Assembly (NCBI GenBank): GCA_041483195.1
Contig: JBGPFC010000007.1
Location: forward strand, 1 to 64,000
DNA from: Candidatus Eiseniibacteriota bacterium
GTDB lineage: Bacteria; Eisenbacteria; RBG-16-71-46
DNA length: 64,000 bases
Direction of reading: 5' to 3'
The position numbers and the translations under genes were made by a program. Numbering within the stretch: position 1 is the stretch's first letter; each line of letters starts with the position of its first letter. Under the pieces are notes generated by a model. The model did no database searches. It saw nothing but the letters and a program-made list of their open reading frames with translations, and was not told where the DNA came from. This document shows positions 54,805 through 64,000 of this stretch, one piece after another.

Positions 54805-55484
54805 CAGCGGCGAAGAACGCTGGCGACCCTGAAGCGGAAGGTGTACGTGCGGGGCTGGTTCTCGATCAGGAACACGAGGCTCACCGCGAACTCGCGATCC
54901 GAATACTGGAGCGCGCTCGCGTCCTCGGGAAGGAGCGGACGGTGCGGCTGCTCGCCGAGATCGACGTCCGAGTCGTCCACCAGATAGCTGATCGGGAACA
55001 TGTAGTCGCTGTAGCGTTGCAGGCCGGGGATCTGGGTCTGCGCGAGCGTGCGGTAGCGGTCCTGCCAGCGCGTCGGCGCGTGCGCGATCTTGCCGGAGCT
55101 GCCGAGCGGATCGGTGAAGGCACAGCGATCCCAGTCGATCCAGGCGGGACGATCCTGCCGGTTCTCGACCTGAAAGAACAACGCGGCCGGGGTCGGGCGG
55201 AAATAAAAGGAAAGCTCGCGGTCCTGGAAGGTGAAGCGATCGGAACCGGGCTCGACCTGGCGGAAGCGGTACCGATAGAGCGCGCCGGGAGACCCGGGCA
55301 GCGCGCTGACCGAATCGGCGGCGCCGTTGACGATGGGCGCGGGGCCGGAGCCTTCGGGCGCCGGGACGCCGCCCGCACGAGGCGGCGGCGCGGAATTTTC
55401 AGGCGGCGGGCTGGACGAGCACCCGGTCCCGATCGCCGCGACCGACGTCACGGCTGCGGCCAGCAAAACGGAGGGCCAACGCAC
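54804..55484 (-). CDS. Hypothetical lipoprotein
   Basis: GTG start, IGTGC lipobox-like signal and TGATG coupling to the downstream gene. Confidence 0.72.
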   Translation of the reverse strand: MRWPSVLLAAAVTSVAAIGTGCSSSPPPENSAPPPRAGGVPAPEGSGPAPIVNGAADSVSALPGSPGALYRYRFRQVEPGSDRFTFQDRELSFYFRPTPAALFFQVENRQDRPAWIDWDRCAFTDPLGSSGKIAHAPTRWQDRYRTLAQTQIPGLQRYSDYMFPISYLVDDSDVDLGEQPHRPLLPEDASALQYSDREFAVSLVFLIENQPRTYTFRFRVASVLRR

Positions 55485-55586
55485 GGCGCGAGACTAAAGG
55501 CCGCTCCTCCGCAGCGTCAAGCGCCTAGGAACATCTTCCGCGCGCCGGGCGTCACGCGGGTCGCGCGCGGCGCCCGGCACTTGGGC

Positions 55587-55940
55587 TCAGAGCGTGAAGC
55601 GACGGGTTTCCTTCAGCACCGCGGCGCTCTGAGTGCCGAGGGTGAACGCCGCGCGGAACGTGCCCTCGACTCCGACGCGCGCGCCATCGCGCGGCGCGCC
55701 GCCTTCCTTCGTGACCACCCGGAGCTTTCCGGTGCCGTCGCTCAGCTGGTAGGTGCCGTAGCCGAGCACGCTCATCGCCTCCGAGACGTCGCCCGCGATG
55801 CGCACGACCTGTCCGTCGAATCGGCCCGGATCGTCGAGCAGCGTCTTGATCGGGGTGGTGGCGATTTCGTGCTTGCAGGATGTGAGCGTGAGCGCGCCGA
55901 ACGCGACCAGCACGGCGACGAGTCGAACCGCGAGTCTCAT
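55587..55940 (-). CDS. Small OB-fold lipoprotein
   Basis: RBS AGGAG, LTSC lipobox, and VRIAGDV, YQLSDGTGKLRV, VGVEG. Confidence 0.78.
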   Translation of the reverse strand: MRLAVRLVAVLVAFGALTLTSCKHEIATTPIKTLLDDPGRFDGQVVRIAGDVSEAMSVLGYGTYQLSDGTGKLRVVTKEGGAPRDGARVGVEGTFRAAFTLGTQSAAVLKETRRFTL

Positions 55941-56066
55941 GAGGTCTCCTGAGCTGGGGCCCGGGCTGGCCGGGGTGGTGGATCGATGGGGAGTGCGCGA
56001 CAGGCTAGCGACGGCGATCGGTGCGCGCAACTCGCGGGCTCGATCCCCGCGGCCAGCGCGCGCTCT

Positions 56067-56978
56067 TCACGCCCCGCCGCGAGCGCGCAGCGCCCGGGCC
56101 AGCGCGGCGTCGAGGGTCGGGGCGCCGAAGCCGAAACCGGTCTCGAGCAGACGCTCGGGGACAGCGCGTTGGCTCGCGAGCAGCAGCGCGTCCGCCCGCT
56201 CGCGGCCGAGCAGCAGCCGCAGCGCGAATCCCGGAGCCGCAAGACGCGCCGGCCGATGGAGGGCGCGGCCCAGCGCCCGTGCGAAATCGCGCTGGGTGAC
56301 GGGCTGCGGCGAGACCGCGTTGACCGCGCCCGCCAGCGCGTCGTTGGCGAGCACATGGCGCACCGCGGCGATCAGGTCGTCGAGCGCGATCCAGCTCACC
56401 CACTGACGGCCGCTGCCGAGCGGCCCGCCCAGACCGAGCCGGAACGGGGCGATCAGGCGCGGCAGCGCGCCGCCGGCCCCATCGAGCACCATGCCAATCC
56501 GAAGCCGCACCACGCGCACGCCCCGGGCTTCGGCGGGCGCGGTCTCCGCCTCCCACGCCTGCGCCAGATCGGAGAGGAAGCCGCGGCCCCTGACGCTCGA
56601 CTCGTTCAGCAGCTCGTCGCCGCGGTCGCCGTAGTAGCCGACGCCGGAGGCCGAGATCAGCACCCGGGGCGGGCGGGCGAGGGCCGCGATCGCACCGGCC
56701 AAGAGCCTCGTGCCCGCGACCCGGCTGTCGCGGATGCGCGCCTTCTGCGCATCGGACCAGCGCCGCTCGCCGACGCTCTCCCCCGCGAGATGGACCGCGG
56801 CGTCGGCTCCCTCCAGCGGTTCGCGATCGATCGTCCCCGCGACCGGGTCCCAGCGCACGTCGTCCGGGCCGCGCGGCACGCCGCGCGACACCCGGAGCAC
56901 GCGATGGCCTTCCCGCCCGAGCGACGCGGCCAGCGCCGACCCCAGGAATCCGCCGGCGCCCGTCAGCAGCAGCTTCAT
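56067..56978 (-). CDS. TIGR01777-family NAD-dependent epimerase (YfcH-like)
   Basis: TGAGGFLG, HLAGE, SASGVGYYG and GSGRQWVSWI. Confidence 0.93.
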   Translation of the reverse strand: MKLLLTGAGGFLGSALAASLGREGHRVLRVSRGVPRGPDDVRWDPVAGTIDREPLEGADAAVHLAGESVGERRWSDAQKARIRDSRVAGTRLLAGAIAALARPPRVLISASGVGYYGDRGDELLNESSVRGRGFLSDLAQAWEAETAPAEARGVRVVRLRIGMVLDGAGGALPRLIAPFRLGLGGPLGSGRQWVSWIALDDLIAAVRHVLANDALAGAVNAVSPQPVTQRDFARALGRALHRPARLAAPGFALRLLLGRERADALLLASQRAVPERLLETGFGFGAPTLDAALARALRARGGA

Positions 56979-57002
56979 GGTCGGCGCCCGCCGCGCACGA
57001 GC

Positions 57003-57773
57003 CTAGCTCTTGTTCTTCTCCATGCTGGTCATGAAGGAACGCAGGAAATCGACGGGGACCGGGAAGACGATCGTCGAGCTGTTCTCGGTCGCGATCTCGG
57101 CGAGCGTCTGGAGATAGCGCAGCTGGATCGCGGCGGGCTCCCGCCCGATGACGGCGGCCGCCTCCGCCAGCCGCGCCGAGGCCTGGTACTCGCCCTCGGC
57201 GTTGATGACCTTCGCGCGGCGCTCGCGCTCGGCTTCGGCCTGGCGAGCGATCGCGCGCTGCATCTCCTGCGGCAGGTCCACGTTCTTGACCTCGACGGTC
57301 GAGACCTTCACCCCCCACGGCTCGGTCTGCCGGTCGATCACCTGCTGGAGCGCCTGGTTCAATTTCTCACGCTCGCTCAGCAGCTCGTCGAGCTCCTGCT
57401 GTCCGAGGATGGAGCGCAGCGTGGTCTGAGCGATCTGCGAGGTCGCGTACAGGAAGTTCTCGACCTGCACGATCGCCTCCTGCGCCGAGACCACGCGGAA
57501 GTAGATCACCGCGTTCACCTTCACCGATACGTTGTCCTTGGTGATGATGTCCTGCGGAGGCACGTCCATCGTCACGGTGCGCAGCCCCACCTTGACCGCG
57601 CGATCGATCACCGGCCACAACAGAATCAGCCCGGGCCCGCGTTCGCCGACCAGCCGCCCGAGGCGGAACACGACCAGCCGCTCGTACTCGCGCACCACGC
57701 GAATCGCGTTCGCGAGCACCACGATCACCAGAAACACCAGGAACACCGACAGCACCGCGACCTGTCCGAACAT
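57003..57773 (-). CDS. SPFH/stomatin-like (slipin) protein
   Basis: [34 protein letters not shown] and QLRYLQTL. Confidence 0.95.
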   Translation of the reverse strand: MFGQVAVLSVFLVFLVIVVLANAIRVVREYERLVVFRLGRLVGERGPGLILLWPVIDRAVKVGLRTVTMDVPPQDIITKDNVSVKVNAVIYFRVVSAQEAIVQVENFLYATSQIAQTTLRSILGQQELDELLSEREKLNQALQQVIDRQTEPWGVKVSTVEVKNVDLPQEMQRAIARQAEAERERRAKVINAEGEYQASARLAEAAAVIGREPAAIQLRYLQTLAEIATENSSTIVFPVPVDFLRSFMTSMEKNKS

Positions 57774-59101
57774 CACCGAGCCTCCTTGGCCAGAGGGCGC
57801 ACCCGCAACGTGAGCCGGTCGACGCCCGTGATTTCCACTTCGTCCCCCGCTTCCACCATCTCCTCCGTCACCGCCTGCCACAGCTCTCCGTTCACGCGCA
57901 CCAGTCCCGTCGGCCCGAGGCGCTCGACCGCGAACGCACGGCGGCCGCGCATGCCATCGGATCCGGTTTGCACCGGGCGCCGCTGCGCGCGGAGGCCGGC
58001 GCCCACCACCAGCAGGAAGAACGCTGCGGTCGCCAGCGTGACGCCCCCGATCATGCTCCAGGAGAGCCGCGGGCTGCCCGACTGAAACAGGATCAGCGAT
58101 CCCAGGATCATCGAGAGGATTCCGCCGGCCGCGAGCACGCCGTGACTCACGACCTTGATCTCCGCGATGAAGAAGACGATCGCGAGCACGATCAGCGCGA
58201 CTCCCGCGTAGTTGACCGGCAACGTCGAGAGCGCGAGAAACGCGAGGATCAGGCAGATGCCTCCGACGACGCCGGGCAGGATCGCGCCCGGGTTCTGGAG
58301 CTCGAACAGCAATCCGTAGAACCCGAGCATCAGCAGGATGTAGGCGACGTTGGGGTCGGCGATGGTCGCGAGCAACCGCTGGCGGAATCCGGGCTCGATG
58401 CGATCGTACGGCAGGCCCTTGACCGCCAGCACGTGGCTCTCGGCTCCGCGTCGCCACGCGTGGCCGTCGGCCTTCGCGAGCAGCTCGGGCAGCGTCGCCG
58501 CGATGAAGTCCACGACGTGCAGATCGACCGCCTCGGTCTCGTCCACCGCGACCGCCTCGCGCACCGCCTTCTCGGCCCACGCCGCGTTGCGCCCGCGCTG
58601 CGCCGCCACCGTGCGCGCGAACGCCGCAGCGTCGTTGGTGGCCTTGCGGGCGAGCGTCGAGTCCATCGGGCCCTGCATGCTGATGGGCGTCGCGGCGCCG
58701 ATGTTGGTGCCCGGCGCCATGGCGGCAACGTCCCCCGCCATGGTCACGAACACGCCGGCCGACGCCGCGCGCCCGCCGCTGGGGGTGACCCATGTGATGA
58801 TGGGAACCTGGGAGGCGAGCATGCGCTTCACCATCTCGCGCATGCTGCTCTCGAGACCGCCCGGCGTGTCGATCTCGATCACGAGCGCCGCGTAGCCTTC
58901 GCGCTCGGCGCGATCGACCGCGTGAATCAGCGCCTCGGAGGTGACGGGCGAGACCGGTCCCTCGAGCTTCATGACCAGCACCCGGTCCCGGCTGGCCGGC
59001 GCGGACCGCGAGGGCGGCGCGATCGCTAGGCCCATCATCAGGACCGCGACCCCCGCCGCGATCCCCGCGACGCCTCTCACGGCTGGCATCCGCGCGCTCA
59101 C
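57773..59101 (-). CDS. nfeD: NfeD-family membrane-bound serine protease (long form)
   Basis: [24 protein letters not shown] region and C-terminal OB domain (GELWQA). Adjacent to the SPFH gene. Confidence 0.93.
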   Translation of the reverse strand: MSARMPAVRGVAGIAAGVAVLMMGLAIAPPSRSAPASRDRVLVMKLEGPVSPVTSEALIHAVDRAEREGYAALVIEIDTPGGLESSMREMVKRMLASQVPIITWVTPSGGRAASAGVFVTMAGDVAAMAPGTNIGAATPISMQGPMDSTLARKATNDAAAFARTVAAQRGRNAAWAEKAVREAVAVDETEAVDLHVVDFIAATLPELLAKADGHAWRRGAESHVLAVKGLPYDRIEPGFRQRLLATIADPNVAYILLMLGFYGLLFELQNPGAILPGVVGGICLILAFLALSTLPVNYAGVALIVLAIVFFIAEIKVVSHGVLAAGGILSMILGSLILFQSGSPRLSWSMIGGVTLATAAFFLLVVGAGLRAQRRPVQTGSDGMRGRRAFAVERLGPTGLVRVNGELWQAVTEEMVEAGDEVEITGVDRLTLRVRPLAKEAR

Positions 59102-60339
59102 GCTTCCGCCTTCACGTTCCGGGAGGCGCCGCGGCGCGCGATCGCGGCGCGCCACGCCTCCAGATACTTGAGCCCGCTGCCGGTGTTGAAGATCACCGCC
59201 CGTTGCCCGCTTGTGACCTCGCCGCTCGCGCGCAACTGGCGCAACGCCGCGAGCGTCGCCCCGCCCTCCGGGCAGGCGAAGCATCCTTCCGCCTCGGCCA
59301 GCTCGGCCATTCCGTCCAGCATCTCCTCCTCGCTCACGCTCACCGCCCCGCCGCCGGTCTCCCGGATCGAACGCAGGATCAGCTGGTCGGCGAACGGCGC
59401 GGGAACCCGCAGACCGCTCGCGACGGTGGACGCGTTCTCCCAGGGCGCGATGGTCCCCGCGCCCTGCGCGAACGCACGCACCACGGGCGCGCACCCGCTC
59501 GCCTGCACCGAGATCAGCCGCGGCAGCGCGCCGTCGATCCACCCGAGGGAGCGCATCTCCAGAAACGCGCGCCACATCCCCACCAGCCCGGTCCCGCCGC
59601 CGGTAGGATAGAAGATGACGTCGGGAGGACGCCAACCCGACTGCTCCGCGATCTCGTATCCCAGGGTCTTCTTGCCCTCGAGGCGGAAGGGCTCCTTGAA
59701 GGTCGCGACGTTCCACCACTCGGCGGCGGGCGCCCAGGCCGCGAGCGCCTTCCCGGCGTCCGAGATGGTCCCGGGCACGCGCATCACCTCGGCGCCGAAC
59801 GCGCGCTGCTCGATCAGGAAGGCCTCGGGTGTGTCCTCGGGGATGGTGATGCGGCAGCGCATTCCAGCTGCGGCCGCGTATGCCGCCGCCGCGCTTCCCG
59901 CGTTGCCGGCGGAGGGCAGCGCGATCGCGCGGATCCCCCACGCCGATGCGCCGTTCACGGCGAGCGCGAGGCCGCGCGCCTTGAAGGACTGCGTGGGATT
60001 GGGGGATTCCTCCTTGAGCCACAGCTCCCCGAGCCCCAGTTCCGACGCGAGCCGCGGCAGCGGCAGCAGCGGCGTGCCACCCTCGCCCAGCCGGACCGCC
60101 TCGAAGTCCGGCGCGAACGGAAGCACGGCCCGGTAGCGCCAGAGATCGGTTCCGTAGCGCGCGAGATCTTCACGGCGCAGCCTCCGACCGATGCGCTCGA
60201 GATCGTAGCGCGCGACCAGCGGGCGGCGGCACGCCGCGCAGGTCGAGCGCGGAGCGCCGAGATCGCAGCTCGCGCCGCAGGCGGGGCACTCGAGCGCGAG
60301 CAGCTGCTCGTTGAAGGGGGAAGCCGAAGCGCGGGTCAT
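59098..60339 (-). CDS. thrC: Threonine synthase (PLP-dependent)
   Basis: N-terminal CxxC pairs, [37 protein letters not shown] and NTGSGLKY. Confidence 0.9.
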   Translation of the reverse strand: MTRASASPFNEQLLALECPACGASCDLGAPRSTCAACRRPLVARYDLERIGRRLRREDLARYGTDLWRYRAVLPFAPDFEAVRLGEGGTPLLPLPRLASELGLGELWLKEESPNPTQSFKARGLALAVNGASAWGIRAIALPSAGNAGSAAAAYAAAAGMRCRITIPEDTPEAFLIEQRAFGAEVMRVPGTISDAGKALAAWAPAAEWWNVATFKEPFRLEGKKTLGYEIAEQSGWRPPDVIFYPTGGGTGLVGMWRAFLEMRSLGWIDGALPRLISVQASGCAPVVRAFAQGAGTIAPWENASTVASGLRVPAPFADQLILRSIRETGGGAVSVSEEEMLDGMAELAEAEGCFACPEGGATLAALRQLRASGEVTSGQRAVIFNTGSGLKYLEAWRAAIARRGASRNVKAEA

Positions 60340-60455
60340 CCCCCGCAGCATACAGGAATCCGGGGGTCTCGGCCGGACGGCGGGGAGGCGCACGGTTCCG
60401 GCCGCGCGGCGCGCGGGCGCGCGGCCGGTGCGAGGATCCGCCCCGTTCCGCGCGG

Positions 60456-61415
60456 TCACCCGCGCGCGATTTCCTCCTCGAGCTCCGCGCGCAGCTTGAG
60501 GAACGACTGCATGCGAAGCGGCGCGACGTCTCCCGCCACGACCGCCTGCCGGAGCGCGCAGGCGGGCTCCGTAACGTGGCGGCAGTCGCGAAACCGGCAG
60601 GCGCCGATGAAGCGGCGGAACTCGGGATAAGACTGTTGGAGATCGTCCGGCCCGATCCCCCACAGCCCGAACGCGCGCACGCCCGGGGTGTCGATGACCT
60701 CGAATCCCGGCTCGGGACGGAGCAGCAACGCAGCGGTCGTCGTGTGGCGGCCCTTGCCGGTCTTCGCGTTGACGTGACCGGCGAGCAGGCCGATCCCCGG
60801 CGTCAGCGCGTTCAGGAGCGTGCTCTTCCCGACTCCGGAGTGCCCGATGAACAGCGTGCGCAGGCCGCGACACGCCTCCCGCAGCGCTTCGATCCCCGCT
60901 CCGCTCTTCGCGCTCACGACGTGGCCCGGGTAGCCGGCCCGTTCGTAGGCCGCGACGATCGTGCGCGCATCCGCCGACTCGCCCAGGTCGCACTTGTTGA
61001 GGACGAGCCGCGCGGGGAGTCCGCAGTGTTCCGCCTGGCACAGCACGCGATCCGCGAGACCGGCGCTGAAGGGCGGGTCCGAGAGCGAGGCGACCAGCGC
61101 GACCTGATCGAGGTCGGCGGCCACGACCTGCTCGACCGGGCGCGTCCCGGCCGCTCGCCGGCTGTACGAGTTGCGCCGGGGCGCGACCTCGGTGATCACG
61201 GGGCGACCGCCCGTCTGCTCGACCTGGACGGAATCTCCGACCACCACCGCGTTGCCGAGCGCCTTGCGCGGCCCCATCAGCTTGCCGCGCACGGTGGCCT
61301 CGCTCAGGGTTCCGTCCCCGGCCTGGAGCACGCACGATCCGAAGTCGACCCGCACGACGACCACGGGCCCGATCGCCCCCGCCGCGCCTTCGCGCGCGCC
61401 GCCCGTCAGGTCCAC
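60456..61415 (-). CDS. rsgA: Ribosome small subunit-dependent GTPase RsgA
   Basis: NKCD, GHSGVGKST, GRHTT, DTPG and CRFRDCRHVTEPAC. Start approximate. Confidence 0.95.
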   Translation of the reverse strand: MDLTGGAREGAAGAIGPVVVVRVDFGSCVLQAGDGTLSEATVRGKLMGPRKALGNAVVVGDSVQVEQTGGRPVITEVAPRRNSYSRRAAGTRPVEQVVAADLDQVALVASLSDPPFSAGLADRVLCQAEHCGLPARLVLNKCDLGESADARTIVAAYERAGYPGHVVSAKSGAGIEALREACRGLRTLFIGHSGVGKSTLLNALTPGIGLLAGHVNAKTGKGRHTTTAALLLRPEPGFEVIDTPGVRAFGLWGIGPDDLQQSYPEFRRFIGACRFRDCRHVTEPACALRQAVVAGDVAPLRMQSFLKLRAELEEEIARG

Positions 61416-62836
61416 GCTCCCGCCCGGTCGAGGGGCAGGGTGATGGAGAAGGTCGCGCCCTGCGCGGGCGGACTCTCCGCGACGATCTTGCCGCCGTGGT
61501 TGGTGATGATGCGATACGAGGTCGAGAGTCCGAAGCCGTGGCCCTGCGGCTTGGTGGTGAAGTGCGGCTCGAAGATGCGCGAGAGGTTCGAGGCCGCGAT
61601 CCCGGTGCCGGTGTCGCTCACCGTGACCCGGATCAGCTGCGCGCGCTCGTCGCAGCTGCTCGTCACGCCGATGATCTTCCGCGCTCCGCCCTTCTCGTTC
61701 ATCGCGTCCGCCGCGTTCAGGAACAGGTTGAGGAACACCTGCTGCAGCTGCCCGGGGTCGGCGCGCAGCTCCGGCAGCGGCTCCATGAGGCGCAGGTCCC
61801 ACTCCACGCCGTCGAACCGGTTCTGCGAGCGCACGAACTCGACCGAGCGCTGGAGCAGCGCGTTCACGTCAACGCGCTCGATGTTGAGCTCCGCTCGCGA
61901 GAAGTCCATCAGCCCCTTGGACAGCGCTTCCATGCGATTGGACTGCTCGAGCACGATCTGCGCGTGACGCCCGACGTGCTCCCAGCGCTGCTTCTCGGCG
62001 TCCTTGAGCAGCATCTGGGCGCGGCCGCTGATCGCGACCAGCTGGTTGCGCAGCTCGTGGCCGATCTCCGCCGCCATCTCTCCCTTCGCGGCCATGCGCT
62101 CGCTGTGGATCAGCTGCTTCTGCGCGTTGCGGATCTCGATCTGACGCCGGGTGGATTCCTTGATCATGCGCAGCGGCGCGTAGAACAGGAGCACCCCGAT
62201 GTACCCGATGGATTTGTACGACACCACCATGAGCGGACTCAGGAAGAGGGACGCCATGTCGTCGAGCAACCGCTCGGCGTAGAACCAGTCCTCGCGCAGC
62301 ACGCGCAGGTATGGCCGCTCCGTGGACCACGCGATCGCGACCGCGACCAGCGCGCGATTCACGAGCAGGTAGCCGGCGAACAGCCCGAGGATCGGCACCG
62401 CCATCCGGATCGCGGTGCTCGCTCCGGCCGGCAGCCCGCCCACCGACTCGAACCCCGACAGCGGCCCGCCCAGGAGCGCGAACACCCAGCAGGCCACCCA
62501 GAGCGTGATCGCGATCTGCGCGGCGTTGAACGCCGCACGCACCCAAGGCTTGCGCTGCACGAACAGCTCGGCGAGCAGGCTCGAGGCCGCCGTGATCCAC
62601 ATCGCGGGGCTCTGGCCCCACAGCATCGCGGTCGCGAGGTTCGCGGTGGAGGCCATGCTGAGCGTGCCCGCGCCGGACAGCGTGGAGAGCCACATCGTCT
62701 CCGAGAACACGCAGAGCAGGACCCAGAGCGTGTAGTGCCACCAGCGCGCCTCGAGATCGTGCGGCGCGTGGAGGGCGAGCAAAGCGCACGCCGCGACGAT
62801 GACCGCGGCGACGTAGATCCTCAGCCGCGCTTTCAC
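61406..62836 (-). CDS. Membrane sensor histidine kinase
   Basis: About six N-terminal TM segments, GHELRN, QVFLNLFLNA, DTGTG, FEPHFTTK and GFGL. GTGA overlap with the epimerase gene. Confidence 0.92.
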   Translation of the reverse strand: MKARLRIYVAAVIVAACALLALHAPHDLEARWWHYTLWVLLCVFSETMWLSTLSGAGTLSMASTANLATAMLWGQSPAMWITAASSLLAELFVQRKPWVRAAFNAAQIAITLWVACWVFALLGGPLSGFESVGGLPAGASTAIRMAVPILGLFAGYLLVNRALVAVAIAWSTERPYLRVLREDWFYAERLLDDMASLFLSPLMVVSYKSIGYIGVLLFYAPLRMIKESTRRQIEIRNAQKQLIHSERMAAKGEMAAEIGHELRNQLVAISGRAQMLLKDAEKQRWEHVGRHAQIVLEQSNRMEALSKGLMDFSRAELNIERVDVNALLQRSVEFVRSQNRFDGVEWDLRLMEPLPELRADPGQLQQVFLNLFLNAADAMNEKGGARKIIGVTSSCDERAQLIRVTVSDTGTGIAASNLSRIFEPHFTTKPQGHGFGLSTSYRIITNHGGKIVAESPPAQGATFSITLPLDRAGAWT

Positions 62837-63858
62837 GCGCTCGCGCCCCGCACCGGTTCCGCCCCGAGCCCTGGCCGCTCGGAGAGCACGATCCGTCCGC
62901 GCTCGCGAGGCGCCCCGTCGAACGGATCGCGCGCGAGCAGCCAGTGCCCGTCGAGGTCGAGGACGTCCGCGAGCGGCGCGAGCTGCGCGGCGGCCGAGAG
63001 CGCGAGGCTCGACTCGATCATGGAGCCCAGCATCACCTTCATCCCGAGCGCGCGCGCCGCGTGAATCATGCGCCGCATCTCGCTCAGGCCCCCGGTCTTC
63101 ATCAGCTTGAGGTTCACGCCGTCCACGCGCCCCGCGAGGTTCGCGAGGTCGCCCAGGTGATGGCAGCTCTCGTCGGCGAACACCGGGATGCCGCAGCGCT
63201 CGCGCACGGTGCGCAGGCCGTCGAGGTCTTCGCGCGGCACCGGCTGCTCGACCAGCTCGATCCCGAGCGGCTCGATCTGGCGCAGCACGCGCACCGCGTC
63301 GGTCGCGTTCCACGCCGTGTTCGCGTCCACCTGAATCGCGCCGGCGTAGCGCGCCCGGATGCGGCGCAGGTTGTCGACGTCGCCCGGAGCGCCGAGCTTC
63401 ACCTTGATTCTCGGGAAATCGATCACGGTCTCGAGCTTGCGTTCCATCTCCTCCGGGCCGGCCATGCCGAGCGTGACGCACGAGACGGGGACCGCCCCGG
63501 GATCGAGGCCGAACAGCTTCCACACCGGGAGCGAGAGCCGCTTGCCGATCCAGTCATGGAGCGCCATCTCGAGCGCGGCGTGCGCGGCGCCGTGGCCCCG
63601 CAGCACGCTTGCGAGACGCCGGTCGATCGCCTCGAGCGCGAACGGATCGTCCCCCAGGTGCGGCGCCCAGGTGTCGAGCGCCGCCTCGACGAGCCGCCGG
63701 GTCTCGCCGTAGTAGTGCGAGGGCGACGCCTCCCCCAGCCCGGTCAGCCCCTCGTGCTCGATCCGCACCAGCGTGTTCGCGTGACCCTTCGCCGTCGAGA
63801 CCGCGATGCGGAACTCGAAAGCGGTCGCGAGGTCGAGCGGTTCATGGCTGAGGCGCAT
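62833..63858 (-). CDS. L-Ala-D/L-Glu dipeptide epimerase (enolase superfamily)
   Basis: KVKLG, VDAN, VEQP, ADES, NLKLMK and DLDG. Confidence 0.93.
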   Translation of the reverse strand: MRLSHEPLDLATAFEFRIAVSTAKGHANTLVRIEHEGLTGLGEASPSHYYGETRRLVEAALDTWAPHLGDDPFALEAIDRRLASVLRGHGAAHAALEMALHDWIGKRLSLPVWKLFGLDPGAVPVSCVTLGMAGPEEMERKLETVIDFPRIKVKLGAPGDVDNLRRIRARYAGAIQVDANTAWNATDAVRVLRQIEPLGIELVEQPVPREDLDGLRTVRERCGIPVFADESCHHLGDLANLAGRVDGVNLKLMKTGGLSEMRRMIHAARALGMKVMLGSMIESSLALSAAAQLAPLADVLDLDGHWLLARDPFDGAPRERGRIVLSERPGLGAEPVRGASA

Positions 63859-64000
63859 GGGTCCCCCGTGTGAGCGCGAGCACCGCTTCGGCGAGCGGCG
63901 CCGCCCCGAACCGCACCGGATCGGTCGCGGGAAGCGAGAGCTCGCGCCCGGCCGCTTCGCACGCCGCTCGCGCGGCCGGCTCGTCGAGCCCCAGCGTGTT
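63842..64000 (-). CDS. 3' end of a DUF1611-family protein (partial)
   Basis: NTLGLDE...ELSLPATDPVRFGAAPL. DUF1611 genes typically lie next to dipeptide epimerases. Confidence 0.7.
   Translation of the reverse strand, partial: NTLGLDEPAARAACEAAGRELSLPATDPVRFGAAPLAEAVLALTRGTHAPQP

Noticed and set aside
1..64000. tRNA (including tRNA-Sec), rRNA or known riboswitches
   Set aside because: None was recognised by eye in the intergenic regions. A covariance-model search would be needed to exclude them.

Overview
Very GC-rich bacterial chromosomal window with about 55 genes. A FlgD-Ig-type C-terminal domain at 31086-31300 and the gene style suggest a Candidatus Eisenbacteria-like/FCB-related organism (inference only). 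Most of the window is housekeeping or envelope: SQR-like oxidoreductase, OmpA, PuuD, a peptide ABC transporter, redoxins, Csp, FKBP, aminopeptidase, ABC-F, citrate synthase, M3 peptidase, nitrilase, GT-C-like membrane proteins, a GH113-like protein, NfeD/SPFH, ThrC, RsgA, a histidine kinase and a dipeptide epimerase. Main highlights: (1) A complete 2871-bp IS1-family element (34887-37757; 16-bp perfect terminal inverted repeats, 8-bp target duplication AGCGCCCT). It carries five passenger genes, including a proteasome-beta-like N-terminal-Thr hydrolase, and three copies of a palindromic operator-like motif at three of its putative promoters. (2) A probable exported thioredoxin-TPR selenoprotein with an in-frame UGA in a W-U-H-T-C motif, followed by a stem-loop. 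(3) A 33-aa ultra-basic ORF missing from the ORF track, with its own promoter and RBS. (4) A kinase-TPR, small protein and tandem lipoprotein-subtilase cluster. (5) A Cys/His domain that occurs once free and once fused to CtaG. (6) An orphan BMC-T shell gene. (7) Many apparently leaderless genes. No rRNA, tRNA or CRISPR array was recognised. All family assignments come from motif recognition by eye, not from database searches.
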